A stretch of DNA of 64,000 nucleotides from Bdellovibrionales bacterium (GCA_965261545.1 CBDHDF010000010.1:544001-608000); one strand, 5' to 3'; positions 19,107 through 29,879 are shown, counted from the stretch's first letter. Notes: generated by a model from the sequence alone, not told the origin. Translations and numbers: made by a program.

Positions 19107-19913
19107 TTAGGGAATCTTGTTGAGACTCCAATTGTATGCACTGTAACTGATGGAGAGTTTCCCACCATAGAGTTTGGCTTTGATAGCAGGGTCATCTGTA
19201 ATGTACTTAGAGACAAACCTCTGAACTGTTTGCTCTCCCTTTGTAAAATCCTCTTTAAACCACTTAAAAATTTTAGAAATTTTAAGGGTACCACCTTGGA
19301 TGTGATTGCGAGAAGTATCTCGGAGAAAACTTTTGGTTTGCTTTTCCAATTGCTTTTCCAACTTGTTTTCCGTGAAAGCTTCATTGAGAAGAGCTGGGCA
19401 TCCAATAGAGGCACAATTCACGGCAAAATGAGTTCGTGGCTCATTGAATTTTACTCGTAGTATCTTGTGTTCTATTTCATCGAGATGGCGTTTTTCTCCA
19501 AGAAGAGTAAAAAACTTTTTTTCCCATGGAGTTCTCAAGGGAAAGAACGTGCCCAAATCTTTAATGGAATCTAAAGGATAGTTATCAATAATAAGTTTCA
19601 CAGTGTAAGCGTTGTAGGCATTGACCCAAAAGACATACTTTTGCCTTTGATTCCAGGAGTTAAATTTCTTTTTGTCAATGGCCTCAAGTTTTCTGAGATA
19701 AGTCTGAAGTTTTCCAGAGTCTCGCTTTAAACCTACATAATTCACCTGGCTGACAGGACCTCTCACCGTGACATACTTTCTTAGAACTTCTGTCCAAAGA
19801 CTATGGGAGTGATCAAAGTCCATGGATGAATCTCGTGCCCCTTGGGACCAAACAAGGGATGCCATAAGAAAAACCGAGCTTCCCAAAATTCCTATACTTC
19901 CCATACTAAGCAC
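19107..19913 (-). CDS. DUF547 domain secreted protein
   Basis: FWVNAYNAYT, LDEIEH.ILR, EPRTHFAVNCASIGCP, SKIFKWF.EDF, YNWSLN. Confidence 0.9.
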   Translation of the reverse strand: MLSMGSIGILGSSVFLMASLVWSQGARDSSMDFDHSHSLWTEVLRKYVTVRGPVSQVNYVGLKRDSGKLQTYLRKLEAIDKKKFNSWNQRQKYVFWVNAYNAYTVKLIIDNYPLDSIKDLGTFFPLRTPWEKKFFTLLGEKRHLDEIEHKILRVKFNEPRTHFAVNCASIGCPALLNEAFTENKLEKQLEKQTKSFLRDTSRNHIQGGTLKISKIFKWFKEDFTKGEQTVQRFVSKYITDDPAIKAKLYGGKLSISYSAYNWSLNKIP

Positions 19914-21393
19914 CCCGCCTCCAATTAAAAAATTTCTCTAAGAATTTCAAAGCCTCTTCAGGCTTACGGGCCTTCTTCCACTCTCCAGCCAAATATTTAT
20001 TGGCCTCGGCCATGGTGGGATAAATATGGATCGTGCCCAAAATAGAATTCAAACCAAAACCATTTTTCATAGCGGCAATAAACTCTCCAATAAGGTCACT
20101 GGCGTGATACCCAGCAATGGTGGCCCCAATAACCTGATCGGTACCAGGTTTTGTAAGGACTTTCACAAAGCCATGGTCTTCACTGTCAGCAATGGCTCGA
20201 TCCAAGTCGTCGAGACCGTAGGTAGAAACCTCGTAATCCACCCCTTGCTCCGTGGCTGTCGTCTCTGTTAGCCCTACCGTGGCGACCTCAGGATCTGTAT
20301 AAGTCGCCCAGGGAATGACACTATAATCAACTTTAAAGCTTTTATTAAAGGGGGCGGGTATAATGTTTGTAAAAGGCTTAAAAAGAGCATTCACACAGGC
20401 ATAATAAGCTTGGTGAGCGGCCGTGTGTGTGAACTGATAGGGACCCGCAACATCTCCACAAACAAAGATATTATTGTAGTTTGTTGCCAAGAAATCATTG
20501 GCCTTGACGGTGCCACGGTCTGTGAGTTCCACACCTAAGTCTTCAAGACCAAAACCCTTCACGTTGGCCCGGCGACCAAGAGCAATAAGAACTTCATCAA
20601 ATTCAATTTCTTTTTCCTGCTTGTCGTGTTCAGCGACCAAAATCTTTTGCATTCCATCCACCTTAAAGGATTTGGCTGTGTGATTGGTATAAATTTGCAT
20701 TCCCTCAGACTCAAATTTTTTCATTACAAGAGTAGAAACCTCTTTGTCCTCACGGGCCATAATGCGAGGAGATCGCTCCACAAGAAGAACCTGAGAACCC
20801 AACCTTTGAAAACTTTGAGCCAACTCAGATCCAATGGGCCCTCCTCCAAGAACGAGAAATCTTGGGGGTTGCTTGCGAATCTCCCAAATATTGTCTGAAG
20901 TTAAATACTTTATCTTATCAAGCCCTGGAATGGGCGGGACAAAAGGTCCTGCACCTGTAGCCACAATAATCGCACGGGTTGTAAGAACTTTGCCATTGAC
21001 TTCAATTTCGTAGGGCGAAAGGATCTTGGCATCCCCTGTGATACACTCCACTCCCAAGCTACTATAGCGCTCTATGGAGTCATGGGGTTCGACTTTTTTA
21101 ACGACGTTTTGCACACGCTCCATTACCTCCGCAAAATCATAATCAATTTTGGCTGATTTAAAACCAAAATCTTTGGCCCTTTTTGCATAAGCCATCATTT
21201 TTGCCGACCTGATAAGAGCTTTTGAGGGAACACAACCCGTGTTGAGACAATCTCCTCCCATCTTGTGCCTTTCAATCAAGCCCACCCGGGCTTTGAGAGT
21301 GGCGGCAATATAGGAAGACACAAGCCCTCCACTCCCCGCACCAATGACAAGAAGGTTGTAATCAAATTGACTTGGTTTTTTATATGATTTCAT
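19906..21393 (-). CDS. Class-I pyridine nucleotide-disulfide oxidoreductase (MerA/LpdA-like, no C-terminal CC)
   Basis: GAGSGG, GGDCLNTGCVPSK, GGGPIGSE, GDVAG, HIYPTMAE. Confidence 0.9.
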   Translation of the reverse strand: MKSYKKPSQFDYNLLVIGAGSGGLVSSYIAATLKARVGLIERHKMGGDCLNTGCVPSKALIRSAKMMAYAKRAKDFGFKSAKIDYDFAEVMERVQNVVKKVEPHDSIERYSSLGVECITGDAKILSPYEIEVNGKVLTTRAIIVATGAGPFVPPIPGLDKIKYLTSDNIWEIRKQPPRFLVLGGGPIGSELAQSFQRLGSQVLLVERSPRIMAREDKEVSTLVMKKFESEGMQIYTNHTAKSFKVDGMQKILVAEHDKQEKEIEFDEVLIALGRRANVKGFGLEDLGVELTDRGTVKANDFLATNYNNIFVCGDVAGPYQFTHTAAHQAYYACVNALFKPFTNIIPAPFNKSFKVDYSVIPWATYTDPEVATVGLTETTATEQGVDYEVSTYGLDDLDRAIADSEDHGFVKVLTKPGTDQVIGATIAGYHASDLIGEFIAAMKNGFGLNSILGTIHIYPTMAEANKYLAGEWKKARKPEEALKFLEKFFNWRRGA

Positions 21394-22079
21394 GAATCCA
21401 CCTTTTTCTTTTTAATAAGTCCAATGATTTTTTTAGATATCAATGGGAAAATTCCCAATATAACAAATGAAACAATAAGCTTGGGTGATAAGATACCCGA
21501 TAAGGAATCTATTTTGGCAAGTTCTGTTCCCGCATTGACATAGACAATGGTCCCAGCCAACATTCCAATTTGGCTTACAATAAAAAAATGAAGAGTCTTA
21601 ATTGGTGTTAAACCCATGACAAGGTTTATGACAAAGAAGGGAATGGCTGGAATCAAACGCATGGTAAATAAATAAAACATCCCCTCCCTTTCAATGCCTT
21701 CATTGATAACCTTAAGCTTATCACCAAATTTACTCTGAATGGCATCCCGGAGCATAAATCGGGCCACCAAAAAAGCCGAAGTGGCTCCTATTGTACTGGC
21801 GAAAGAAACAAGAATCGTTCCCGTCAAAAGACCAAACAGGGCTCCCCCAAGAAGTGTGAGGATGGCGGCCCCCGGGAGAGAAAGGGCGGTGACAACAATA
21901 TAACTGACCAAGTAAATGACAATGGTGAGAGTGGGGTTTCCCTCCTTATAAGCTTGAAAATCCGATTGTCTCTGTTTAAGGTACTCAAAACTAAGGTATT
22001 GACCAAGGTCAAAATAAAAGAAGGCCCCCAAAAGAGCAATAATAAGAACAATAACAACATATTTAAAAGAATTTTTCAT
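21390..22079 (-). CDS. TVP38/TMEM64 (DedA-superfamily) membrane protein
   Basis: SLPGA..LTL.GG.LFG, ASTIGAT, RLIP..PFF..N. Confidence 0.9.
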   Translation of the reverse strand: MKNSFKYVVIVLIIALLGAFFYFDLGQYLSFEYLKQRQSDFQAYKEGNPTLTIVIYLVSYIVVTALSLPGAAILTLLGGALFGLLTGTILVSFASTIGATSAFLVARFMLRDAIQSKFGDKLKVINEGIEREGMFYLFTMRLIPAIPFFVINLVMGLTPIKTLHFFIVSQIGMLAGTIVYVNAGTELAKIDSLSGILSPKLIVSFVILGIFPLISKKIIGLIKKKKVDS

Positions 22080-22120
22080 AAGATTCCCTTCTTGTATTTA
22101 TATATTATTCTTATTTACTA

Positions 22121-22147
22121 TTATCGGCCCTCATTTCTCAATTTCTA
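22121..22147 (-). promoter_or_regulatory. Putative FliA (sigma28) promoter of the TVP38-oxidoreductase-DUF547 operon
   Basis: Minus strand TAGA-N15-GCCGATAA, ~40 nt upstream of the start at 22079. Confidence 0.55.
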
Positions 22148-22263
22148 AACCTTGTTTTCTAAAAAATACCTTATGAAAGTAAAATCTAGATATAAATGGA
22201 GCTATAATCAGGATCAACGTCTTAAGATGAGTGGCTTAGAATGAATAATTTGGGACGAGTCAC

Positions 22264-23811
22264 TTATGATTTTGACTTATAGACCCCTTGGACCATTCGG
22301 TCCATCACCATGGCACACAAAAGAATGGCCAGCCCAGCGAGAAGTCCTTGCCCTTTGGCAGCGTACTGTAAAGCTTCAAGAATAAGGGCACCTAAACCCT
22401 CGGCCCCAATCAATGAAGCAATCACAACCATGGAAAGACTCATCATAATGGTTTGGTTGATACCTGTCATAATGGATGGCATGGCCAGGGGAAGTTCCAC
22501 ATGCCATAACAACTGCCCCCTAGAGCAACCAAATGCAATGGCAGCCTCTTTTGTGGTTTTGGGTATATTACTTATTCCGAGGGCCGTGAGGCGTACCACA
22601 GGGGGCATGGCAAAAATAATGGTGGCCAAAATGCCAGGAGGTTTGCCCGTTCCAAAAAAGGCAATAATGGGGATAAGGTAAACAAAAGCAGGCATGGTCT
22701 GCATGAAGTCAAGAGCCGGCCGAGCCAAAGAGTAGGCTCTAGGGTTATGCCCAAACCAAATTCCCAGGGGAATACCAAAGACAAGGCAAAGCAGAGACCC
22801 CACACCAATGAGAGAAATGGTCATCATGGCCACTTCCCAGAGTCCTAAAAAAGCTAGGTAGGAGATGGCAGCGGCTGTAAAAATGGCCATTCGAAGCCCC
22901 CCCAGACGAAAGGCCGTGACAATAAAAACCAGCCATACAACAGGCCATGGAGTTACAATGAAGAGGGTCTCACATATTTTAATAAGGCTGGAAATAACAG
23001 TCACCACCCCCTCAAATACATCTCCAAAGCGGCGAGCAATGGAATCAAAAGCCTTATCTCCCAAGTCGGCCAGCTTAAAAAAGAGTTCTTTTTCCAAAGG
23101 GAACTTGGTGATGGGAAAACCTATGATTTTTTTAAAGACAGCATCAGGATGAGAGTGGGTAAAACGAAAGATGGTGAGAGGGGCAATGAAGAAGGTCAGA
23201 AAAAAACCCATGATAAAGTGGGCCCAACTCACACCTTTTTTGTATTTGTCTGGAAAAGCGAGCCAGTGTCGATATTTTTTCTCGTAGGCCACATTGGCGT
23301 AGAAACCTTCGACAATTTTGACGAAGATAAGTAAAATCACTCCAAAGATAGCCCAGGGAACAAGACTTTCTTGGGCCAATTCTTGTTGAAGCTGGCTGGC
23401 TGTGAGTTGAAGGTTATCGAGAATCTGGGAGGCCGTTTCCAAGTTATTTGACTCCCCTTGAGCCATAGCTTTTTCCATTTGCTCTTTGCGATAAGCTATA
23501 TTTTTCATAATTTGCTCATAACGGAGCCTCTTCTCTCCCCCAGGTTCGGCCCATAGCCCTCGGGCTATGGTGACAAAGGAGATAAGTTCCGCAATGAGAA
23601 AAAACCAGAAGAACCCCCACATTTGTCGCCAAGCTCCCCAGAGGGGACCAAGGACACAAGCTGCCATGTTCCATGAAAAAACAAGGTCTTTCGCTTCTTG
23701 GAGCCTTTGGAATTCTCGCATGTAATACTTTTGACGATGCAGGGTAAAGGCACCAGTTTGCTCACTTAAATTCTTCAATTTTTCTTCCTTACTTTTTAAT
23801 TTACTTTGCAA
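22264..23811 (-). CDS. proW: Glycine betaine/proline ABC transporter permease with long N-terminal (DUF2628-like) extension
   Basis: LDFMQTMPAFVYLIP, EAA.AFG loop, GINQTIMMSLSMVVIA; N-terminal FSWNMAA..LGPLW. Confidence 0.88.
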   Translation of the reverse strand: MQSKLKSKEEKLKNLSEQTGAFTLHRQKYYMREFQRLQEAKDLVFSWNMAACVLGPLWGAWRQMWGFFWFFLIAELISFVTIARGLWAEPGGEKRLRYEQIMKNIAYRKEQMEKAMAQGESNNLETASQILDNLQLTASQLQQELAQESLVPWAIFGVILLIFVKIVEGFYANVAYEKKYRHWLAFPDKYKKGVSWAHFIMGFFLTFFIAPLTIFRFTHSHPDAVFKKIIGFPITKFPLEKELFFKLADLGDKAFDSIARRFGDVFEGVVTVISSLIKICETLFIVTPWPVVWLVFIVTAFRLGGLRMAIFTAAAISYLAFLGLWEVAMMTISLIGVGSLLCLVFGIPLGIWFGHNPRAYSLARPALDFMQTMPAFVYLIPIIAFFGTGKPPGILATIIFAMPPVVRLTALGISNIPKTTKEAAIAFGCSRGQLLWHVELPLAMPSIMTGINQTIMMSLSMVVIASLIGAEGLGALILEALQYAAKGQGLLAGLAILLCAMVMDRMVQGVYKSKS

Positions 23812-23874
23812 CTAGATGCTTTGAACTTTTATAACTAGCTGCTTTGAACTTTTATAACTAACTGCTTTGAACTA
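23811..23874. repeat. 23-bp tandem repeat x~2.7 bridging the proV stop and proW start
   Basis: ACTAGATGCTTTGAACTTTTATA/ACTAGCTGCTTTGAACTTTTATA/ACTAACTGCTTTGAACTA. Confidence 0.9.
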
Positions 23875-24730
23875 AAGGTGACGACTTTGCGGGGAGGTCT
23901 TCGGGATTCACAGAGCAATTACTCACAAATTGCCTCACATAGTCGTCGGCGGGATGAGATAAGATTTCTTGGGGCGAAGCCACCTGGACAATGCGCCCCT
24001 CGCACATAATAGCAATACGGTGCCCAATGCGAACGGCTTCATCTAAGTCATGGGTAATAAAAACAGAGGTCTTTCCAAGCTCCTGTGACAAAACCATAAA
24101 TTCATCTTGCAGTTCACGACGAATGAGGGGGTCAAGGGCTGAAAATGGCTCATCCATAAGCAAAATTTCAGGGTCGAGGGCAAGAATTCTTGCCAGGCCC
24201 ACTCGCTGCTTCATGCCACCAGAGAGTTCCGAGAGATGGCGCTCTCCGTGACCCTTGAGTTTCACCAACTCTAAACACTCTTGGGATTTTTTCCAACAGT
24301 GAGCCTTGGATTCTTGGCGAAGGCGCAGGGGTAAGTTGATATTTTCTCGCACGGTGAGGTGGGGGAGGAGAGCTGTGTGTTGAAAGACCATTCCAATTTG
24401 CCGGGCGCGCATATACCTCAACTCTTGGTGGCCCATTCGTAAAATATTTTTACCTAAAACAGTGATTTTACCTGCTGTGGGATGAACGAGGCGGTTGATG
24501 TGTCGAAGAATGGTGGATTTACCAGAGCCTGATAAACCAATAACACAAAAAATCTCCCCTCTTTGGACTTCAAAAGAAGCATTTTGAACTCCCACAAAGC
24601 AGTTATATGTTTTAGTGATCTCTGAGGCTGTTTGGCCATGACGCATAGAATCTAAAGCCTCCAAGGCTCGACCACCAAAAATCTTCCACACCCCATCAAG
24701 TCGAATAACAGTTTCTTCTACTTGAGCCAA
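23858..24730 (-). CDS. proV: Glycine betaine/proline ABC transporter ATPase
   Basis: [45 protein letters not shown]. Confidence 0.92.
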   Translation of the reverse strand: MAQVEETVIRLDGVWKIFGGRALEALDSMRHGQTASEITKTYNCFVGVQNASFEVQRGEIFCVIGLSGSGKSTILRHINRLVHPTAGKITVLGKNILRMGHQELRYMRARQIGMVFQHTALLPHLTVRENINLPLRLRQESKAHCWKKSQECLELVKLKGHGERHLSELSGGMKQRVGLARILALDPEILLMDEPFSALDPLIRRELQDEFMVLSQELGKTSVFITHDLDEAVRIGHRIAIMCEGRIVQVASPQEILSHPADDYVRQFVSNCSVNPEDLPAKSSPLVQSS

Positions 24731-25821
24731 GAATCCACCAGGGAAGAGTTTTTAGCGATCCATTCACGGGCAAATAATTCTGGCGGCATTTTTTTCACAG
24801 TAAGCTGGTAGCTCATGGACTCCATATCTTTTTCTGAAAAACGAATGCGATTAAGAAGTTGCACTACTTGGGAATGGAACTTCTCCAAGGAAACTGAATA
24901 ATGCATACTTATGGTAGCACTTTTCCAAGCTGTTGTGGCATAGGATTTTTCCAACCACTGAGGGTCCTCTTTTGGAAGTAAAATCTTCCACTTGGAGGGA
25001 TCATGGGGGTCTTCCTTTAACTTTTTAAGTTTATGAAGGGTGAATATGTGGTGGGGAGAGTAACAAAAAAAGGCAATATTTTGTTTTTTGTTAATAGCGG
25101 CATCCACTTCGACCATGGCAAGAGCTTCCTCCATCACCTTAAGCTTCATGGTATTATTGTAACCATATGATTTGGCCCGAATTTTTTCAGCAGGCGTGGA
25201 TCCCCAACCCACAGCTCCAATCCACATTTCGCCCTGCCCATCACCATCTGTGTCAAAATGTTGGGCCATGACTGGATTGCTAAGTTCAGCAACACTTTTA
25301 ATGCCTGTTCTCTCGGCTGTACCTTGACTGACACAAATATTTTGATAAGCAAGAGTTGGGGTATCTGTGACCGTGTCTTTAATAGACTTGTTCTCCTCCA
25401 CATATTTTTTAGTGAAATTATCGTGATTGGGTGACCATGTTTCGGGGTGAATATGCATGGCGGATCGATCCAGTGCTTCAAAGATCACGGCGTTGGAACC
25501 ATTTTGAAGTTCAACTTGAAGTCCGAAATTATCGACAATCAAGATCTTAAGGATATTGGCCCTTGCGCGCCCTGAGGGCCAGTTGGGAATCCCAATGACG
25601 ATTTTTTCAATGGACTTTTGGCTCCCACTCTCGGTAGGAAGAAGCTGATCTGAAGCCTGTTGGTTTTGAGTCGGCTCCTGTGGAGGAGTGTCAGAAGTAT
25701 TTGAAGCCGGTGAAGAGTTGGAGGCTGTGGGGAGTTGAGTAGGTTCTTCTATAAAAATAAAAAAGATCGACACAATGACAGCTACAGCCAGTAGAACGAT
25801 AAAAAGTGCATATTTTTTCAT
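24718..25821 (-). CDS. proX: Glycine betaine ABC transporter substrate-binding protein
   Basis: [29 protein letters not shown]; operon with proV/proW. Confidence 0.85.
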   Translation of the reverse strand: MKKYALFIVLLAVAVIVSIFFIFIEEPTQLPTASNSSPASNTSDTPPQEPTQNQQASDQLLPTESGSQKSIEKIVIGIPNWPSGRARANILKILIVDNFGLQVELQNGSNAVIFEALDRSAMHIHPETWSPNHDNFTKKYVEENKSIKDTVTDTPTLAYQNICVSQGTAERTGIKSVAELSNPVMAQHFDTDGDGQGEMWIGAVGWGSTPAEKIRAKSYGYNNTMKLKVMEEALAMVEVDAAINKKQNIAFFCYSPHHIFTLHKLKKLKEDPHDPSKWKILLPKEDPQWLEKSYATTAWKSATISMHYSVSLEKFHSQVVQLLNRIRFSEKDMESMSYQLTVKKMPPELFAREWIAKNSSLVDSWLK

Positions 25822-25977
25822 ATGTTTTCTTCCTTTGTTTAGTTTGTTTAACTCACTAGGTTTAATTTATTTCTCCTTTAGCAGCAATTGTGCGACAAGT
25901 CAATATTGATCTTCGCACCATTATCCTTCTGTCGCTTTATGGTTTTACAGCCACTCATCTATTTTGTTAAGTGTTGT

Positions 25978-27045
25978 TTATAGTATTTTAGGTGTTAATT
26001 TCCAAGTGAAGGTGTATTGAGCTTCGCTAATATGTTTCTGTTGATTGCGAGAAATCACAGTGGTCACAAAAATCCATCGAGAGTTACTGTGCCTTCCCAA
26101 AAAAACCAATCCTAAAGAAGTTGCATGGCGTTGATCCCGTTTGACTTTAAGAGAAGGGTTCAAATAATCATAGCGTGTCATCAACTTGAATTTGCGATGG
26201 AGTATGTAATTGAAATCCATATACCATGATTGAAATGAATCTGCTTGGGGATTGAACTCTTGATCTAAAGAACCATAGGTATATTCGGCTAAAAACTGGA
26301 AATGATCTTTTTTATACCAAAGAAAATAGGGGTTGAAAACTTGCCAACGAGACTTCAAGCTAAGGTCGACCCCAGCAAGATGAGACGATTGTAAAAGGGT
26401 GGAGTGAGGCTGAGTTGTTCCAGCATGTCCCGACAACCCTAATTCTATGTTATTGTAGTGCCACCCCCAAGAGGCGGTGCAATAAAAATCTCCATCGAGA
26501 TTCTGACCAGATTCTCCATTGTGAATGGCTAATTTTGTGTAAAAACCTTGATGCTCAATAAAATAACTCAGCCCAAGATCTCTCAACCCAATAATTCTTC
26601 TCGAAAAGATAAGCCTGCGAGGAAAATCTATTTGATATTCTTGAGTCCGGCCATTGACCCCAAAATCAAGGGGAATGAGCCCCATGCGTATCCTCCCATA
26701 GATGCCCTCATACTGACCATAGGCTTCGTAAAACCCTATGTCATTTATTGTGGTTTCTTGAAAGATCTGAGGCGGATTGATAAGCTTTTTGGAACCAAAA
26801 CGAACCCTACTTGAAAGCCAAGGGCTTTTCTCCCACAAGATCGATATAGAACTTTTATCAAAATAAAAGCCTCCGAGAGCTCCCTCCGGAAAGTGAAGCT
26901 GGGCTTCAACCAAAATGTTGTCTATGGATATTTTCCCTAGGTTTTCTTCACCTAGACTTTCTTCACCTAGACTTTCTTCAGAAATCCATAGAGAAGATAA
27001 CAGAAAAACTATTATAGAAAACAATAATATTGTGCGTAAATGCAT
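25978..27045 (-). CDS. Probable outer-membrane beta-barrel (porin-like) protein
   Basis: Signal peptide, alternating aromatic beta-strand pattern, EAY..Y, R.G....FG, RD.G, NG motifs as in phosphate-porin-like barrels. Confidence 0.5.
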   Translation of the reverse strand: MHLRTILLFSIIVFLLSSLWISEESLGEESLGEENLGKISIDNILVEAQLHFPEGALGGFYFDKSSISILWEKSPWLSSRVRFGSKKLINPPQIFQETTINDIGFYEAYGQYEGIYGRIRMGLIPLDFGVNGRTQEYQIDFPRRLIFSRRIIGLRDLGLSYFIEHQGFYTKLAIHNGESGQNLDGDFYCTASWGWHYNNIELGLSGHAGTTQPHSTLLQSSHLAGVDLSLKSRWQVFNPYFLWYKKDHFQFLAEYTYGSLDQEFNPQADSFQSWYMDFNYILHRKFKLMTRYDYLNPSLKVKRDQRHATSLGLVFLGRHSNSRWIFVTTVISRNQQKHISEAQYTFTWKLTPKIL

Positions 27046-27181
27046 TCTCAGTATTATAAATGAAAATCGAGGAATCTAAAAGAAAATGCATGTTTTAGAA
27101 GGTACCTCTCTACTAATGTCTAAAACAATGTCTAAAAATACTTCTGTTCAAGAAAACCCAAGAGACTTATGGCAAGAAATC

Positions 27182-27208
27182 TAATAGAAATTATGATGGG
27201 GCCGATAA
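27182..27208 (+). promoter_or_regulatory. Putative FliA (sigma28) promoter
   Basis: TAAT-N15-GCCGATAA; no long ORF directly downstream. Confidence 0.45.
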
Positions 27209-27603
27209 GAAACCTAAGGAGTGGTAAAAGGTTAAATAGAGAGCTGAATTAGCTTTTGATTCTTCGCTGATTTGACTTTGCCCTTCCCTGTAAATCATTC
27301 CCAGCACACTTTGGGCGTCTCACTTTGATATTTGCTTTCCTCATACTTTCAACCTAGTTATAGAATAACGTCATACATGTCGAGACTTTTGTTTAATTTA
27401 TTCTTTAGTAAACTCAGTTACTTATGTTGCTTTATAAAAAAAAATTAGGTACTAGCAACTAGGTCAGGTTAAAACAATTGCATGAAATGTCGCAAATACA
27501 ATACTGCCGCTAAGCTCATATTGACCCAATCATATTAAATTGTTACAATAAAATAAACCACTTTCACTTTACTGGTTTGTTACCAAAACCACTAGAGGTC
27601 ACA

Positions 27604-28519
27604 ATGAAAAAAAAACGTGCAAATTGCCTTATTGGGAATTTTCTTTTTGGTCGTACCATTATTTCTATTTCAAAACTGTTCCAACGAACTCCCCAGTGCA
27701 AATGACGCATCATCTAAGTCTTCCGGTACAAGTGAGCCTAATGAAGTGCCTATCGGTTCTAGCGAATATGGATCTATTATTATTCCATCTTCCACCAACC
27801 CAAATGATCCCAGTGATGTGGTTGTAGGCCCCAACAATTTAATAAATATACAGCCAAACACTTTCATTGAATCGCCAGTGAATTGTACAAACATTTGTCA
27901 AGAGCAACAGCAGTGTGCCTCTCAAAAAAGCAGTAGTGAAAGATTATCCTGCCGAAACTCTTGCAATAGAAGAACGGGCCTCTGTGCACCTTTTGAGCTC
28001 CATCGAGACCCCTACACTTTAACAAGTTTTGTTGTTCCTGGGGGATATAAAAAAGTCAATATCACCTTGGAGCACTGTACAGATCGAAACGATGTTTTAG
28101 TGATTGAAGGCCCCTATCTTCACTTTAAAACGCTTAATTCTGGAGCTATATGGAATGCTCGATTTGGTGCCAATGTGGGCAGAGGTCCTCGATGTAAAAA
28201 AGAAGATTTATTGGATCATGCGAAAGTGAAGGTAAGAAACTTTAATAAGGCTGGAAACTTTCAAAGCGAAAAAGTATATATTTGGAAATTTCCTGCTGCC
28301 CTCTCCTACCCACTCAACGTGATAAACGATATTGATATCCAAAAACCCGTTTTTGTTCATGTGAAAAGTCTTAAGGGGCCAGGAGTTAAAATTCATAGAA
28401 TTTATGACAATGAAGCCTACAACAAACAATTATCTTTTATTTTAGAGTATATTTTTTGGTATGACCCTAAGTACACCACTAACTTTGATCTCTATTATAA
28501 ACCAAAAGAATCTAACTGA
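27604..28519 (+). CDS. Cys-rich 'FQNC'-type lipoprotein; RBS-associated ATG (27604) is out of frame by one A in an A9 tract (ORF track starts at GTG 27617)
   Basis: Hydrophobic stretch ending LFQNC; GAGG RBS then ATG AAAAAAAAA C GTG; with A8 it reads MKKNVQIALLGIFF...FQNC. Confidence 0.65.
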
Positions 28520-29765
28520 GAATACCAATCACACAACCGGTGCAGCAAGTGGCTAACAGACCTGCCACCAAACTCTTCCAAGCCAGTCCAAGGATTTCCT
28601 TACGCCGCTCTGGTATGAGCACAGTCAAACCACCCACCATAATGCCAAGCCCTCCAAAGTTGGCAAAACCGCACATGGCATAAACCAGAATGAGGCGGCT
28701 GCGTTCCCCCAAACTGCCCTCGGGCAACTGAGCCAGCTCCGCGTAAGAAACCAATTCGTTGAGTACAACCTTGGTGGCCATCAATCGACCTGCCTCAGCA
28801 CACTCCGCCCAGGGGATCCCCATCAACCAGCAAAGAGGGATCATCACCAAACCTAGAATTCGCTGCAAAGTGATGGCTCCACCGGCCACATGGGGCAACA
28901 AGCCAAGCAGATCATTGGCCAAGTGAACAAGGGCGACCAGCGAAATCAGCATGGCAATAATGAGAAGCACCATATTGAGCCCCTGCTGCGTGCCCACAGA
29001 CAAAGCCTCCATGGCACTTGATGTTTCCCGTAGTGGCAGATGACTACGAAGTTGAAGTGATTCTCCATCATTGACCGGCACCATCAAAAGAGCGATGGCG
29101 ATGGCAGCAGGGGCACTGATCACCGAGGCAATCAAAAGTTGGCCAGTGGCATTGGGCAAAACGGACGTTAGGATGCCAGCGTAAAGGACAAAAACGGAAC
29201 CGGCGATAGTAGCCATCCCGGTGGTCATCAAAACAAACAACTCACTACGGCTGAAATACTTGAGATAGGGGCGAACGAAGAGTGGTGCTTCAGTCATGCC
29301 AATGAAGATATTGGCAGCACTCGCCAAACCAATGGCACCACCAATGCGAAAGCTTCGCTCCAACACGAAGCCCATAATCTTCACAATCCAGGGTAGAATT
29401 CGCCAGTGGGTGAGCAACGAAGTCAATGCACTTGTCACCAAAACAATGGGAAGAACTTGGAAAGCTAAAATAAAAGTGGCACTGGCCTGAATTTCTGCAA
29501 AAGGCAGTGGCCCACCCCCCAGATAGCCAAAAACCATACTGGTGCCCTGGCGAGTGGCCATCTCCATGCTAGTGACAACATGCCCTAGGGAAGCCACCAT
29601 ATCTGCAATCAAAGGCACCTTGAGGAATACCAAGGCGAGAACCAACTGGAGGGCAATGCTGGCCAAAGCAATTTTCCAGGCTTCAAGCCGTCGCTTCTCC
29701 CCCATAGCCCAAGCCAGGACAAGTAGCACAACCAAGCCTAAGGCACTCTGTAACTCTGGCATCAC
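28512..29765 (-). CDS. nupC: NupC/CNT-family nucleoside transporter
   Basis: ANIFIGMTEAPL.VRPY, SRSELF..MT.GMATIAGSV, K...NE..SY, CGFANFG. Confidence 0.92.
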   Translation of the reverse strand: MMPELQSALGLVVLLVLAWAMGEKRRLEAWKIALASIALQLVLALVFLKVPLIADMVASLGHVVTSMEMATRQGTSMVFGYLGGGPLPFAEIQASATFILAFQVLPIVLVTSALTSLLTHWRILPWIVKIMGFVLERSFRIGGAIGLASAANIFIGMTEAPLFVRPYLKYFSRSELFVLMTTGMATIAGSVFVLYAGILTSVLPNATGQLLIASVISAPAAIAIALLMVPVNDGESLQLRSHLPLRETSSAMEALSVGTQQGLNMVLLIIAMLISLVALVHLANDLLGLLPHVAGGAITLQRILGLVMIPLCWLMGIPWAECAEAGRLMATKVVLNELVSYAELAQLPEGSLGERSRLILVYAMCGFANFGGLGIMVGGLTVLIPERRKEILGLAWKSLVAGLLATCCTGCVIGILS

Positions 29766-29879
29766 CTCGATTCTCCTTTCTCTTAAAGAATGAAGTTGAT
29801 AAGGCTCTGCTACTATAATTGATTCTGATGGCTATGGCGACCCTAAAATGGATCACCCTGAAGATGTCTCACTGGCAAC

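Noticed and set aside
19906..21393. Mercuric reductase merA
   Set aside because: No C-terminal Cys-Cys pair, no NmerA domain, no mer genes nearby.
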